DNA from: an uncultured Bacteroides sp.
GTDB taxonomy: Bacteria > Bacteroidota > Bacteroidia > Bacteroidales > Bacteroidaceae
NCBI GenBank assembly: GCA_949285025.1
Contig: CASDXG010000015.1
Span: 10,754-74,753, forward strand
Direction: 5' to 3'
Length of the DNA: 64,000 nt
This document shows positions 43,317 through 54,189 of the stretch, in pieces. The notes under the pieces were generated by a model that was given only the letters and a program-made list of their open reading frames with translations, did no database searches and had not been told where the DNA came from. The translations under genes were made by a program, and so were the position numbers. Within the stretch, counting starts at the first letter, position 1; each line of letters starts with the position of its first letter.

Positions 43317-43841
43317 TTATAATTGCAGGATTGTGGTGATTTCCGTGCTTTCAGGGAAGGCTTTTCGCCCGTTAAGGCTTTTCAACTCGATGATGAAGTT
43401 GATAAAAGTCTTTTTTGCTCCACATTTTTGAACCAGATTCTGGGCTGCAACCATCGTCCCTCCTGTGGCTAACAAGTCGTCGTGAAGCAACACGATATCG
43501 TTCTTTTCTATTGCATCCTTGTGTATTTCTATTGTGTCGATGCCGTATTCTTTGGTAAAACTTTCTTCAAATGTTTCTGCCGGAAGCTTTCCGGGTTTTC
43601 TGGCTAAAACGAAACCTGCTCCCAAACGTGCGGCTAAAGCTCCGCCTAAAATGAATCCTCTGGATTCAATGCCGACCACTTTTGTAATCCCCTTTCCTTT
43701 GTATATTTCATAAAGTTCGTCAATGAGGAATTGCAGACATTCGGGGTCTTTCAATAATGTAGTAATGTCATAGAATAAGATTCCGCGCTTAGGGAAGTCA
43801 GGAACTTCACGAAGATGTTTTAGTAATGCTTCTTTGTTCAT
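43317..43841 (-). CDS. apt: Adenine phosphoribosyltransferase
   Basis: PDFPK, ESRGF, RKPGKLP and DDLLATGGT motifs. Confidence 0.96.
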   Translation of the reverse strand: MNKEALLKHLREVPDFPKRGILFYDITTLLKDPECLQFLIDELYEIYKGKGITKVVGIESRGFILGGALAARLGAGFVLARKPGKLPAETFEESFTKEYGIDTIEIHKDAIEKNDIVLLHDDLLATGGTMVAAQNLVQKCGAKKTFINFIIELKSLNGRKAFPESTEITTILQL

Positions 43842-43874
43842 AAACAATGCTTTATTTTGATATATTAAACTATA

Positions 43875-43890
43875 TGTTTCACGTGAAACA
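43875..43890. promoter_or_regulatory. parS: parS centromere-like site
   Basis: Exact palindrome TGTTTCACGTGAAACA, the consensus ParB site, intergenic between mnmG and apt. Confidence 0.93.
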
Positions 43891-43897
43891 TGTATTT

Positions 43898-45769
43898 TTA
43901 TCTTCCAAGAAGAACTAATAATACGTTTATGTCGCTAGGGGATACTCCCGGAATTCGGCTGGCTTGTGCCAATGTTTCCGGGTTGATTTTTTGTAATTTT
44001 TGGCGTGCTTCGGTGGAGAGCGATTGTAGATTTGCGTAATCGAACTTGTCTTTTATGCGGATTGATTCCAAACGATGAATCTTGTCTGCGATTGTCCGTT
44101 CTCGTTCTATGTAGCCCTTATATTTGATTAAGACTTCAGCTGCTTCTATAACTTCGTCCTTCCTGTTGCTGATTTGCTCTAATATCTCTTGGAATGCCGG
44201 GATATATGGAGAGATAGAGGCGATATTTATTTGTGGACGGCAGAGTAAGTCAATAAGTTTGCAGCCGTGTGTCAACTGGGTCGTGCCCATTTTTTCTAAA
44301 GCCGGGTTGATTTTCTCTGCTTTTACGGAATATGTTTTTACGAAGTTTATAATGCGTTCGATTTCTTTTTTCTTTTTGCATAAAGCGTCATAGCGGTTCC
44401 TTTTTGCTAATCCGAGCTGATAGGCGCGCTCCGTTAAACGCATATCCGCGTCATCTTGTCGTAATAATATGCGGTATTCTGCCCGTGATGTAAACATGCG
44501 GTATGGCTCGTCTACACCTTTTGTCACTAAATCATCAATCAAGACTCCGATATATGCTTCGTCTCTTCCCAAGATGAATGGTTCTCCTCCTACGCAATTT
44601 ATGTGTGCGTTGATTCCGGCAATGATGCCCTGCCCGCCGGCTTCCTCGTAGCCGGTTGTGCCGTTTACCTGTCCGGCGAAGAATAGATTCTTGATAATTT
44701 TCGATTCGAGAGTATGCGTAAGTTGGGTCGGATCAAAGTAATCATACTCAATTGCGTAACCGGAACGGTAGATGCAGACATCTTTGAAACATGGTATTTT
44801 CTTGAGAGCATTGAGTTGTATCTCTAAAGGCAAAGAAGAAGAAAATCCGTTAAGGTATAATTCTTGTGTGCTTTCACCCTCAGGTTCTAAGAACAACTGG
44901 TGCTGCGGTTTTTCGGGGAAAGTCACAATTTTAGTTTCTATGCTGGGGCAATAACGCGGCCCGATGCTCTGAATCTGTCCGTTGTATAGGGGAGAGTCTG
45001 CCAGTCCGCTTCGAAGAACAGCGTGTACTTCTTCGTTGGTATAACATGTCCAGCATTGCAATTGCTTTAACCGGCGTGGTTCGCTGATGAAGGAGAAGCT
45101 GTGGAAATCATTATCTCCGTCTTGTGTTTCCATCAAATCGAAATGCACACTGCGTGCATCAATGCGCACGGGTGTCCCTGTTTTCATGCGTCCGGCTTTT
45201 ATGCCATGCCGTGTAATGGATTCGGTTAAATGGTAAGATGCCGGTTCGGCACACCGTCCTCCGGGTAACATTTTTCGTCCTATATGCATAAGTCCGTTTA
45301 AGAATGTACCGGCTGTAAGTATGATGCATTTGGCATAAAAGGTTATTCCCCAACAAGTGGTGAGGCCTACAATTTTTTCTTTTTCAACGATTATTTCCTC
45401 TACCGTGTCTTGCCAAATATGTAAATTAGGGATATTCTCAAGAATTTCTCTCCAAGTCCAAATGAATTTTGCGCGATCGCATTGAGCTCGCGGGCTCCAC
45501 ATGGCAGGTCCTTTGGAACGATTCAGCATGCGGAACTGTATGGATGTACGATCGGTTACTAATCCCATGTATCCTCCAAGCGCATCTATTTCTCGGACGA
45601 TTTGTCCTTTTGCAATTCCACCTACCGCCGGGTTACAACTCATTTGCCCGATTTTATTCATGTCCATTGTGATGAGGCATGTTTTTGAACCGAGATTTGC
45701 TGCGGCAGCTGCCGCCTCGCAGCCGGCGTGTCCGGCGCCAATGACAATAACATCGTACTTAAAATCCAT
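43898..45769 (-). CDS. mnmG: tRNA uridine-5-carboxymethylaminomethyl synthesis enzyme MnmG (GidA)
   Basis: GAGHAG, MSCNPAVGG, GPRYCPSIE and GTTGYEEA motifs. Promoter at 45796-45803. Confidence 0.97.
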   Translation of the reverse strand: MDFKYDVIVIGAGHAGCEAAAAAANLGSKTCLITMDMNKIGQMSCNPAVGGIAKGQIVREIDALGGYMGLVTDRTSIQFRMLNRSKGPAMWSPRAQCDRAKFIWTWREILENIPNLHIWQDTVEEIIVEKEKIVGLTTCWGITFYAKCIILTAGTFLNGLMHIGRKMLPGGRCAEPASYHLTESITRHGIKAGRMKTGTPVRIDARSVHFDLMETQDGDNDFHSFSFISEPRRLKQLQCWTCYTNEEVHAVLRSGLADSPLYNGQIQSIGPRYCPSIETKIVTFPEKPQHQLFLEPEGESTQELYLNGFSSSLPLEIQLNALKKIPCFKDVCIYRSGYAIEYDYFDPTQLTHTLESKIIKNLFFAGQVNGTTGYEEAGGQGIIAGINAHINCVGGEPFILGRDEAYIGVLIDDLVTKGVDEPYRMFTSRAEYRILLRQDDADMRLTERAYQLGLAKRNRYDALCKKKKEIERIINFVKTYSVKAEKINPALEKMGTTQLTHGCKLIDLLCRPQINIASISPYIPAFQEILEQISNRKDEVIEAAEVLIKYKGYIERERTIADKIHRLESIRIKDKFDYANLQSLSTEARQKLQKINPETLAQASRIPGVSPSDINVLLVLLGR

Positions 45770-45864
45770 TTTTTACTGCTTTTTTTTATGTCCTGCAAAA
45801 GTAAGAAAATAAGTAAATTCCTGCTTGTTGCAGCCGTATAAAAAGATGTTTCCAGAAAATATCC

Positions 45865-46287
45865 TTATTCAATCTCTCTTAACATTGAAAGCGCTTTATT
45901 CTCGGCTGCTTCCATTATTTCCCGTTCACCCGGTCCTTTGTCGTTTATGCCGCAGAGATGCAGAATGCCATGAATGATTACTCTGTGCAATTCGTCTTCA
46001 TATGCAGTATGAAATTTCTCGGCATTTGTCCGTACAGTATCAAGGCTGATGAATAAGTCTCCGGCTATTTTATTGCCTTCGCTGTAGTCGAATGTGATGA
46101 TATCTGTATAATAATCATGCTGAAGATATTGACGGTTCACTTCGAGGATTTTCTCATCGGAGCAAAAAATATACGCTATTTCTCCTGTTTTTTTCCCATA
46201 CGTTGATGCTACATTCTTGATCCATGATGTAGTTTCTCGTTTTTTTATTGATGGCATGTCTGTTCCATCGGTTTGATAAGTTATCAT
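45865..46287 (-). CDS. ybeY: rRNA maturation endoribonuclease YbeY
   Basis: TDIITF and HGILHLCG motifs. Confidence 0.93.
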   Translation of the reverse strand: MITYQTDGTDMPSIKKRETTSWIKNVASTYGKKTGEIAYIFCSDEKILEVNRQYLQHDYYTDIITFDYSEGNKIAGDLFISLDTVRTNAEKFHTAYEDELHRVIIHGILHLCGINDKGPGEREIMEAAENKALSMLREIE

Positions 46288-46294
46288 GATTTAT

Positions 46295-47527
46295 TTAGTT
46301 AAAGAAAAGATAGCAAATAAAAATCGCAGCGATGATTCCGGCAAAATCGGCTAACAAGCCGCAGGGAACAGCGTGTCTGGTCTTTACAACGCCTACACTG
46401 CCGAAATATACGGCCAGGATATAAAACGTTGTGTCGGTTGCTCCCTGAAAAATACAGGAAAGTCTTCCGATAAACGAATCGGCTCCATATGTATTCATTG
46501 CGTCAATCATTAAGCCACGTGCGCCACTTCCGCTTAAAGGTTTCATGAGGGCTGTAGGTAAAGCGCCGACGAAACTGTCATCAATTCCGCAGATATTTAA
46601 TAAACTTGCGATTCCTTTAATGAGATAATCCATGCATCCGGAAGTGCGGAAGATGCCGATTGCCACTAATATTGCCACTAAATACGGTATGATGCGTACG
46701 GCAGTTTGGAAACCTTCTTTTGCTCCTTCTATGAATGAATCGTATACATTGATTCGTTTGCGTATGCCTGCAATGATGAATCCCACGATGATTACAAACA
46801 GAAATACATTTGCAAACGTAGAAGAGTAAGTATTGATTTGTTGTTGTGTCAGCGTGTTGAAGAAGAAGATAATGCCTGCGATGAACAAACTTGCTCCTCC
46901 TAAAAACAAAAAGATTGTACGGTTTAGCAGATTAATCCGTTGATAAATGCTCACGGCAACGATACCTGCTAGTGTAGAGAAGAAGGTCGCCAATAAAATA
47001 GGAACAAATACATCGGTCGGTTGGGCGGCGCCTAATTGGGCACGGTATACCATGATACTGATGGGAATCAGCGTCAATCCGGAAGTATTTAGTACGAGAA
47101 ACATAATCATCGGGTTGCTTGCAGTGTCTTTTTTATGGTTAAGTTCTTGCAAACCTTCCATTGCTTTCAGGCCTAAAGGCGTAGCGGCATTGTCCAACCC
47201 CAACATATTTGCGGCAAGATTCATGAAAATATTTCCGGTAACGGGATGTCCTTTGGGTATTTCCGGGAAGAGTTTGCAAAAAAGCGGACTCAATATTTTT
47301 GATAAGAAAAGGACGATGCCTCCTTTTTCTCCTATTTTCATAATCCCCATCCACAGCGAAAGCACGCCGGTCAGTCCCAATGAAATTTCAAAAGCCGTTT
47401 TTGCGGAATCGAATGTGGAGTTAATGATTGCTGGAAATACATCTGTGTCGCCAAAGAAAAGTAACCGGATAGTGGCAACGACAAAAGCGGTGAGGAAGAA
47501 AGCAATCCAGATGTAATTTAAAACCAT
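46295..47527 (-). CDS. Fused SpmA/SpmB (nucleoside recognition Gate domain) membrane protein
   Basis: ANMLGLDNAATP, KPLSGSGA and TTFYILAVYFG motifs. Likely start MVLNY at 47527. Confidence 0.88.
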   Translation of the reverse strand: MVLNYIWIAFFLTAFVVATIRLLFFGDTDVFPAIINSTFDSAKTAFEISLGLTGVLSLWMGIMKIGEKGGIVLFLSKILSPLFCKLFPEIPKGHPVTGNIFMNLAANMLGLDNAATPLGLKAMEGLQELNHKKDTASNPMIMFLVLNTSGLTLIPISIMVYRAQLGAAQPTDVFVPILLATFFSTLAGIVAVSIYQRINLLNRTIFLFLGGASLFIAGIIFFFNTLTQQQINTYSSTFANVFLFVIIVGFIIAGIRKRINVYDSFIEGAKEGFQTAVRIIPYLVAILVAIGIFRTSGCMDYLIKGIASLLNICGIDDSFVGALPTALMKPLSGSGARGLMIDAMNTYGADSFIGRLSCIFQGATDTTFYILAVYFGSVGVVKTRHAVPCGLLADFAGIIAAIFICYLFFN

Positions 47528-47608
47528 GATGACGTGTTTATGAAAGTTGGTTGTTTTTTGTTTTGACAAAAATAGGGATTTTCTAAAGAAAAAGATACTT
47601 TTGTAGAT

Positions 47609-48658
47609 ATGAAAAAGAATCATTTACGATATTTTCGTTGGGGAATACTGGGCGTTTTGCTGATGGGTGTAGGCATTTGCCGTTGGAATGTTTCTGTCGG
47701 GGAGTGGTATGTTTTGCATGTTTATCCTGTAATTTCATCTTTTTTTTCTCATATATCGTCTGTATCTGTAATTTCTTTTGATGAATGTCTGGTGGTGAGT
47801 ATGGGAATTCTTCTCGTTCTTTTTCCTGTTTGGCGCTGGAAAAAGAACGAAAAGTGGCGGATGATTTTTCTAAAAGAATGCGAGATCCTTTTATGGATAT
47901 ATGCATGGTTTTACTGGGGATGGGGGATGACTTATTTTCGTGCTGATTTCTTTTCCCGTGCCGACCTGCAACCGGTAAGGTACGATAAAGCCTGCTTCAA
48001 GGAATTCTTATCGTCTTATGCCGATAGTATAAATAAGTATTATACGGCAGAACCCTATTTCTCAAAAAAAATAACAGAGCGTTTGATAACAGAACAATAT
48101 AGACAAATACCGGAACGTTACGGCCTTTTATCCCCCGTATCGTCTCAGTATCCGAAATCTCCGTTGTTTAATGCATTGTATTCTCGGGTTGGTGTATTGG
48201 GATTTATAGGACCGTTTTTCTTGGAATCGCATATAAACAAGGATTTAATTACTGTTCAGTATCCGTTTACGTATGCTCATGAACTATCGCATCTGTTGGG
48301 AGTGAGCAATGAGGCTGAGGCGAATTTTTGGGCATATCAGGTTTGTGTCCATAGTTCGCATCCATATCTTTGTTATAGCGGTTATTTTGGCTTGTTGCCA
48401 TATGTCCTTGTAAATGCCAGGCAGTTACTAGGGAAAACTGATTTTGAGGCATGGTTTGCAACACTTCGTCCTGAAGTCATTCGAGAGTTACGGCACAAAG
48501 AAGAATACTGGAACCGGAAGTACAGTCCGTTTTTAGGGAATATACAAGATAGAATATATGATTTTTACCTGAAAAGGAATAAGATTGTTTCAGGAAAAAA
48601 GAATTATGCCGAAGTTATCGGTATGGTTATTTCTGTGCAGGAGAATCCGATAAAATGA
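47609..48658 (+). CDS. DUF3810-like membrane protein with HEXXH (putative Zn-metallopeptidase)
   Basis: PFTYAHELSHLLG...EAEANF motif, N-terminal TM helices. Confidence 0.8.
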   Translation: MKKNHLRYFRWGILGVLLMGVGICRWNVSVGEWYVLHVYPVISSFFSHISSVSVISFDECLVVSMGILLVLFPVWRWKKNEKWRMIFLKECEILLWIYAWFYWGWGMTYFRADFFSRADLQPVRYDKACFKEFLSSYADSINKYYTAEPYFSKKITERLITEQYRQIPERYGLLSPVSSQYPKSPLFNALYSRVGVLGFIGPFFLESHINKDLITVQYPFTYAHELSHLLGVSNEAEANFWAYQVCVHSSHPYLCYSGYFGLLPYVLVNARQLLGKTDFEAWFATLRPEVIRELRHKEEYWNRKYSPFLGNIQDRIYDFYLKRNKIVSGKKNYAEVIGMVISVQENPIK

Positions 48659-48737
48659 ACATAAAAACTTCTTCTTGTCGGTATTTCGAATAAAAAATAT
48701 TATCTTTACCCCCCGAAAAATTACATATATTATACCG

Positions 48738-49868
48738 ATGGACGTCGTTGTAAAAAGAGTAAGTACAAAAAAAGACCTGAAGACATTTATCCGTTTTAAT
48801 TACGAGCTTTATAAAAATAATCCTTATTCGGTCCCCGATTTATACGATGATATGTTGAATACGTTCAACCCGAAAAAGAACGCGGCTTTCGAGTTTTGTG
48901 AGGCAACGTACTTTTTGGCTTACAAAGATAATCGGGTAGTGGGGCGTGTTGCCGCTATTATTAATCATCGGGCAAATGAAACTTGGGGGAAAAAAGAAGT
49001 CCGTTTCGGTTGGATTGATTTTATAGATGACGCGGAAATTTCTGCCGCTTTGCTGACGACTGTTGAGAAGTGGGGTAAAGAGAAAGGAATGGATACGATT
49101 GTCGGACCTTTGGGCTTTACGGATATGGACGGCGAAGGAATGTTGATCGATGGTTTTGATCAATTGGGAACAATGTCTACTATTTATAATTATCCGTATT
49201 ATTCGAAGCATATCGAACAGTTGGGATATGAAAAAGAAGTCGATTGGGTAGAATATAAATTAACCGTTCCTGACAAGCTTCCGGAAAAATTCATCAGAGT
49301 ATCTGAACTCATTCTCAAGAAATATAACTTGAAGATTAAAAAACTCAAGCGGAGAGAGATTAAAGAAAAGAATTACGGACAAAAGATTTTCAGTTTGATA
49401 AACGAAGCCTATGCTCCCCTTTATGGTTATTCATCCATGACTCAGGGACAAATCAACAGTTATATAAAGATGTATCTCCCGCTAATTGACTTGAGGATGG
49501 TGTCCTTGGTGGAAAATGAACAGGGGGAATTGGTGGCTGTGGGCGTTTCAATGCCATCGTTGTCGGTCGCCTTGCAGAAAGCAAAAGGACGTATCTGGCC
49601 GTTCGGATGGTATTATTTGCTGAAAACTTTGTTTGTGAAGAAACCGAAAATCCTTGATTTACTGTTGATAGGCGTTAAGCCGGAGTATCAAGGGAAGGGC
49701 GTGAATGCTTTATTGTTTTACGACTTGGTTCCTGTTTTCCAGCAATTAGGATTCCGGTATGGCGAATCGAATCCGGAATTGGAGGTGAATACAAAGGTAC
49801 AATCTCAGTGGAATGCTTTTGAATCGGTACAACACAAACGTCGCCGCGCTTACAAAAAGCAGTTGTAA
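48738..49868 (+). CDS. GNAT-fold acyltransferase, candidate bacterial ceramide synthase
   Basis: VGRVAAIIN, RFGWIDF, YNYPYY and GVKPEYQGKGV motifs, directly upstream of parE. Confidence 0.7.
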   Translation: MDVVVKRVSTKKDLKTFIRFNYELYKNNPYSVPDLYDDMLNTFNPKKNAAFEFCEATYFLAYKDNRVVGRVAAIINHRANETWGKKEVRFGWIDFIDDAEISAALLTTVEKWGKEKGMDTIVGPLGFTDMDGEGMLIDGFDQLGTMSTIYNYPYYSKHIEQLGYEKEVDWVEYKLTVPDKLPEKFIRVSELILKKYNLKIKKLKRREIKEKNYGQKIFSLINEAYAPLYGYSSMTQGQINSYIKMYLPLIDLRMVSLVENEQGELVAVGVSMPSLSVALQKAKGRIWPFGWYYLLKTLFVKKPKILDLLLIGVKPEYQGKGVNALLFYDLVPVFQQLGFRYGESNPELEVNTKVQSQWNAFESVQHKRRRAYKKQL

Positions 49869-49901
49869 TATGAATTCTTTTTATTTTTAGCGTGGGGGGA
49901 T

Positions 49902-51830
49902 ATGGGAGAAAATAAGGAATTGAATATGTCTGTGAATTACACCGAAGAGAATATTCGGCACTTAAGTGATATGGAACATGTGCGTACGCGTCCGGGTATG
50001 TACATCGGTCGCTTGGGTGACGGCTCTCAAGAAGAAGACGGAATTTACGTGCTCTTGAAAGAAATAATCGATAACAGTATCGATGAATTTAAGATGGGAG
50101 CAGGAAAGAATATAGAGATCACTGTAGAAGATAATCTCCGTGTTTCCGTAAGAGACTACGGGAGAGGGATACCTCTCGGCAGTTTGGTAGATGCAGTTTC
50201 CATGTTGAATACGGGAGGAAAATACGATACGAAGGCATTTAAAAAGAGTGTCGGATTAAACGGAGTTGGCGCAAAAGCGGTAAATGCTTTAAGTTCTCGT
50301 TTTATAGCCCGTAGTATTCGTGACGGACAGATGCGCGAAGCTGTATTTGAAAGAGGTGAACTTTTAAGTGATACAATGAAGGCTACAGATGAAGAGAACG
50401 GGACATTTATCTTCTTCGAACCTGATAATTCGCTTTTCTTGAACTATCGTTTCCGCCCGGAATTCATAGAAGTTATGTTGCGAAACTATACTTATTTGAA
50501 TACAGGACTGTCTATTTATTATAACGGGCAGCGCATCGTCAGTAGGAATGGTTTGGAAGATTTGCTGAATGATAATATGACTTCTCAGGGATTGTATCCG
50601 ATAATTCATCTGTCTGGTGAGGATATTGAGATTGCTTTCACGCATAGTCCGCAGTATGGCGAGGAATATTATTCATTTGTCAACGGGCAACATACAACGC
50701 AGGGCGGCACTCATCAAAGCGCATTCAAAGAACATATAGCCCGCGCCATCAAGGAGTTTTTCGGGAAGAATTTCGAATTTCAGGATATCCGTAATGGCTT
50801 GGTGGCAGCAATAGCTATTAATGTCATTGAACCGACTTTCGAAAGTCAGACAAAAATCAAGCTTGGATCACTGACTATGGCACCGGAAAAAGACTCGGAC
50901 GGCAACCCGTATCCGTTGTCAGGCGTAAGCGTTAATAAATTTGTAGGAGATTTTGTAAAGGAAAATGTCGATAATTATCTTCACAAACATTCGGATATCG
51001 CGGAAATTCTTTTGCAGAAGATTCAGGAGTCCGAGAAAGAAAGAAAGGCGATAGCCGGCGTTACCAAGATAGCAAGAGAGCGGGCAAAGAAAGCAAATCT
51101 GCATAACAGAAAGCTCCGCGACTGCCGTATTCATCTGAATGATCAGAAAAGTGTGCGGAAGGACGATGAGAATGATCTTCGTCTGGAAAGTGCGATTTTC
51201 ATCACAGAGGGCGATTCTGCCAGTGGCTCTATTACCAAAAGTCGTGATGTCAATACGCAGGCGGTATTCAGTCTGCGGGGAAAACCTTTAAATTCTTTTG
51301 GATTAACGAAAAAAGTTGTTTATGAAAATGAAGAATTTAATTTGTTGCAAGCAGCGCTGAATATAGAAGACGGATTGGACGGATTGCGATATAATAAAGT
51401 GATTGTGGCGACAGATGCCGATGTGGATGGAATGCATATCAGGCTGCTGATGATAACTTTCTTCTTGCAGTTCTTTCCGGACTTAATAAAAAAAGGGCAT
51501 GTTTACATTTTGCAGACGCCGCTTTTCCGCGTGCGGAACCGTAAAAAAGGAGTGTATGAAACGGTTTATTGCTATACGGAAGAAGAACGTTTGAACGCAA
51601 TCGAACGTTTAGGACCTAATCCTGAAATCACTCGGTTTAAAGGATTAGGCGAGATTTCTCCCGATGAATTCCGTAACTTCATCGGGAAGGATATGCGTTT
51701 GGAACAAGTGACACTGCGTAAAACGGATGCAGTGAATGAATTATTGGAATTCTATATGGGAAAGAATACGATGGAACGTCAGAACTTTATCATAAATAAT
51801 CTGGTCGTGGAGGAAGATATTGTCAGCTGA
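49902..51830 (+). CDS. parE: DNA topoisomerase IV subunit B
   Basis: [27 protein letters not shown] and RFKGLGE motifs, Bacteroidetes ParE-type sequence. Confidence 0.88.
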   Translation: MGENKELNMSVNYTEENIRHLSDMEHVRTRPGMYIGRLGDGSQEEDGIYVLLKEIIDNSIDEFKMGAGKNIEITVEDNLRVSVRDYGRGIPLGSLVDAVSMLNTGGKYDTKAFKKSVGLNGVGAKAVNALSSRFIARSIRDGQMREAVFERGELLSDTMKATDEENGTFIFFEPDNSLFLNYRFRPEFIEVMLRNYTYLNTGLSIYYNGQRIVSRNGLEDLLNDNMTSQGLYPIIHLSGEDIEIAFTHSPQYGEEYYSFVNGQHTTQGGTHQSAFKEHIARAIKEFFGKNFEFQDIRNGLVAAIAINVIEPTFESQTKIKLGSLTMAPEKDSDGNPYPLSGVSVNKFVGDFVKENVDNYLHKHSDIAEILLQKIQESEKERKAIAGVTKIARERAKKANLHNRKLRDCRIHLNDQKSVRKDDENDLRLESAIFITEGDSASGSITKSRDVNTQAVFSLRGKPLNSFGLTKKVVYENEEFNLLQAALNIEDGLDGLRYNKVIVATDADVDGMHIRLLMITFFLQFFPDLIKKGHVYILQTPLFRVRNRKKGVYETVYCYTEEERLNAIERLGPNPEITRFKGLGEISPDEFRNFIGKDMRLEQVTLRKTDAVNELLEFYMGKNTMERQNFIINNLVVEEDIVS

Positions 51831-51875
51831 TAAATTCTGAGGCACCGTATATTTTGTAGAAAAGAATAAGTTGAT

Positions 51876-52340
51876 ATGGTTATAAAACGAGCAATTTTTC
51901 CCGGAACGTTTGACCCGTTTACTATCGGACATTATTCGGTTGTGAAACGGACGTTGACTTTTATGGATGAAATCATTATCGGCATTGGCGTAAACGAAAG
52001 TAAACGAACTTGGTTTCCTACTGATAAGCGTGTGGAAATGATTCGTCGGTTTTATGCGGACGAGCCGAGAATTCATGTGGAAGCGTACGATGGACTGACT
52101 GTCGATTTTGCGCGGAAGCGCGAGGCTAACTTTATCGTACGCGGAATTCGTACCGTACACGATTTTGAATACGAAGAAACGATTGCCGATATAAACCGAA
52201 AATTGGCAGGAATAGAAACGATATTGTTGTTTACAGAACCGGAACTTACTTCTGTAAGTTCTACCATTGTACGGGAATTACTTCAATATGGGAAGGATGT
52301 TACGCCGTTTATACCGGAAGGTTTTGATATTAATATATAG
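51876..52340 (+). CDS. coaD: Phosphopantetheine adenylyltransferase
   Basis: [20 protein letters not shown] and SSTIVRE motifs. Confidence 0.96.
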   Translation: MVIKRAIFPGTFDPFTIGHYSVVKRTLTFMDEIIIGIGVNESKRTWFPTDKRVEMIRRFYADEPRIHVEAYDGLTVDFARKREANFIVRGIRTVHDFEYEETIADINRKLAGIETILLFTEPELTSVSSTIVRELLQYGKDVTPFIPEGFDINI

Positions 52341-52342
52341 TA

Positions 52343-53932
52343 ATGATGATGAAAAAGATATTTGAAGCAGCTTTTTGCTGCTTCTTTTTTATAGCATCGG
52401 TTGGAGCGCAAAGCCGCTTCTTTAATTCTCCTACGCGGAAACTTCAGATGGCAGAACTGGCCATTTCTACTTTATATGTCGATTCGGTCGATGAGAAAAA
52501 ACTGGTAGAACAGGCCATTGTCGGAATGCTTGAAGGACTTGATCCGCATTCTGTTTATTCCAACCCGGAGGAAGTCCGGAAATTGAATGAGCCGCTTCAA
52601 GGAAATTTTGACGGTATCGGCATACAGTTCAATATGGCATCCGATACGCTTTTTGTCATTCAACCTGTGTCAGGAGGCCCATCTGATAAAGCAGGGATTC
52701 TGCCGGGCGATCGCATAATTCAGGTTAATGACACGGTGATCGCCGGAGTTAAAATGAACAGCGATGAGATAATGCGTCGTTTGCGTGGGAAAAAAGGTAC
52801 AGTTGTGAACCTGAAAATTATGCGAAGAGGCATGAAAGATTTGCTTTCTTTTGCCATAAAGCGAGATAAGATTCCGATGTACAGTATTGATGCGGCTTAT
52901 ATGATTGATAAAAGAAACGGTTATATCCGCATAGATCGTTTCGCCGCGACAACCGGAAAGGAGTTTTCCGACGCATTGAATCGCTTGAAATCACAGGGGA
53001 TGGAAAACCTTGTTCTCGATTTACAAGGCAATGGTGGCGGATACTTACAGGCAGCGATTGATTTGGCCGACCAATTTCTTGGGAAAAAAGAATTGATTGT
53101 ATATACAGAAGGACGGAAGAATCCTCGTATGGAATATAGGGCAGACGGAAAAGGAGATTTCCAAAGAGGGCGCTTGATTATTCTTGTTGATGAGTTTTCC
53201 GCTTCGGCAAGCGAAATCGTAACCGGGGCGGTCCAAGACTGGGATCGGGGTATTGTGGTAGGAAGAAGGACGTTCGGTAAGGGATTGGTGCAGCGCCCTG
53301 TCGATTTACCCGATGGCTCTATGATCCGTCTTACCGTAGCCCGTTATTATACCCCCTCGGGGCGTTGTATACAGAAACCTTATACTGACGTCGAAGCATA
53401 TAATAAAGATCTGACAATGCGTTATAAACACGGGGAAATGGTTAGTGCAGATAGTATTCACTTTCCGGATTCTTTGAAATATCGCACGCTGAAGTTGGGG
53501 AGAACAGTCTATGGCGGGGGAGGTATTATGCCCGATTATTTTGTCCCTTTGGATACATCAATGTACACACCTTACTATTTGGCTTTACGTGATAAAGGAG
53601 TTATTCTTCAGCAAAACCTGAAATGGATTGATGAAAACCGTGAGAAATGGTTAGGTGAATATCAGTCGTTTTCTCAATTTGATGAAGGCTTTCAGGTAAC
53701 TTCCGGTATGTTGGATGAGTTGAAACGTTCGGGGGAAGCCTTAGGCATTGAATACAAAGAAAAGGAATTTATACAATCCAAACCTTTACTTGAGACATAT
53801 TTGAAAGCACTTATTGCCCGTGATTTGTGGGGAATGAACGAGTTTTTTCAGGTAATTAACCGTTTAGACGGCAGTGTAAAAAAGGCTGTAGAACTGCTCG
53901 GATGTCCGGATAGGGATTTGTCTGACAAGTAA
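52343..53932 (+). CDS. S41 family C-terminal processing peptidase
   Basis: LDPHS, PDZ domain, DLQGNGGG, SASASEI and TFGKGLVQ motifs. Confidence 0.93.
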   Translation: MMMKKIFEAAFCCFFFIASVGAQSRFFNSPTRKLQMAELAISTLYVDSVDEKKLVEQAIVGMLEGLDPHSVYSNPEEVRKLNEPLQGNFDGIGIQFNMASDTLFVIQPVSGGPSDKAGILPGDRIIQVNDTVIAGVKMNSDEIMRRLRGKKGTVVNLKIMRRGMKDLLSFAIKRDKIPMYSIDAAYMIDKRNGYIRIDRFAATTGKEFSDALNRLKSQGMENLVLDLQGNGGGYLQAAIDLADQFLGKKELIVYTEGRKNPRMEYRADGKGDFQRGRLIILVDEFSASASEIVTGAVQDWDRGIVVGRRTFGKGLVQRPVDLPDGSMIRLTVARYYTPSGRCIQKPYTDVEAYNKDLTMRYKHGEMVSADSIHFPDSLKYRTLKLGRTVYGGGGIMPDYFVPLDTSMYTPYYLALRDKGVILQQNLKWIDENREKWLGEYQSFSQFDEGFQVTSGMLDELKRSGEALGIEYKEKEFIQSKPLLETYLKALIARDLWGMNEFFQVINRLDGSVKKAVELLGCPDRDLSDK

Positions 53933-54189
53933 GATGATAAAATTCTTGCCTTTCTTTTTGGAAAATTCCGCGATGTTTATGAATAAATCCCGGCGGCTTT
54001 TCTTGAGAGGAACGAGACGAATAGATGAAAAAAAGCGTTTATAAATGAGATAAGTATCTATTTATTAAAGAAATATTTCTTTAATTCTTTTGTATTATCA
54101 ATAGAAAACATTTACTTTTGCAAGGATTTTTATAAGGATAGGACAGAAAATTTATCATAAATCATTAAATAATTTAAATTCAATCATTT

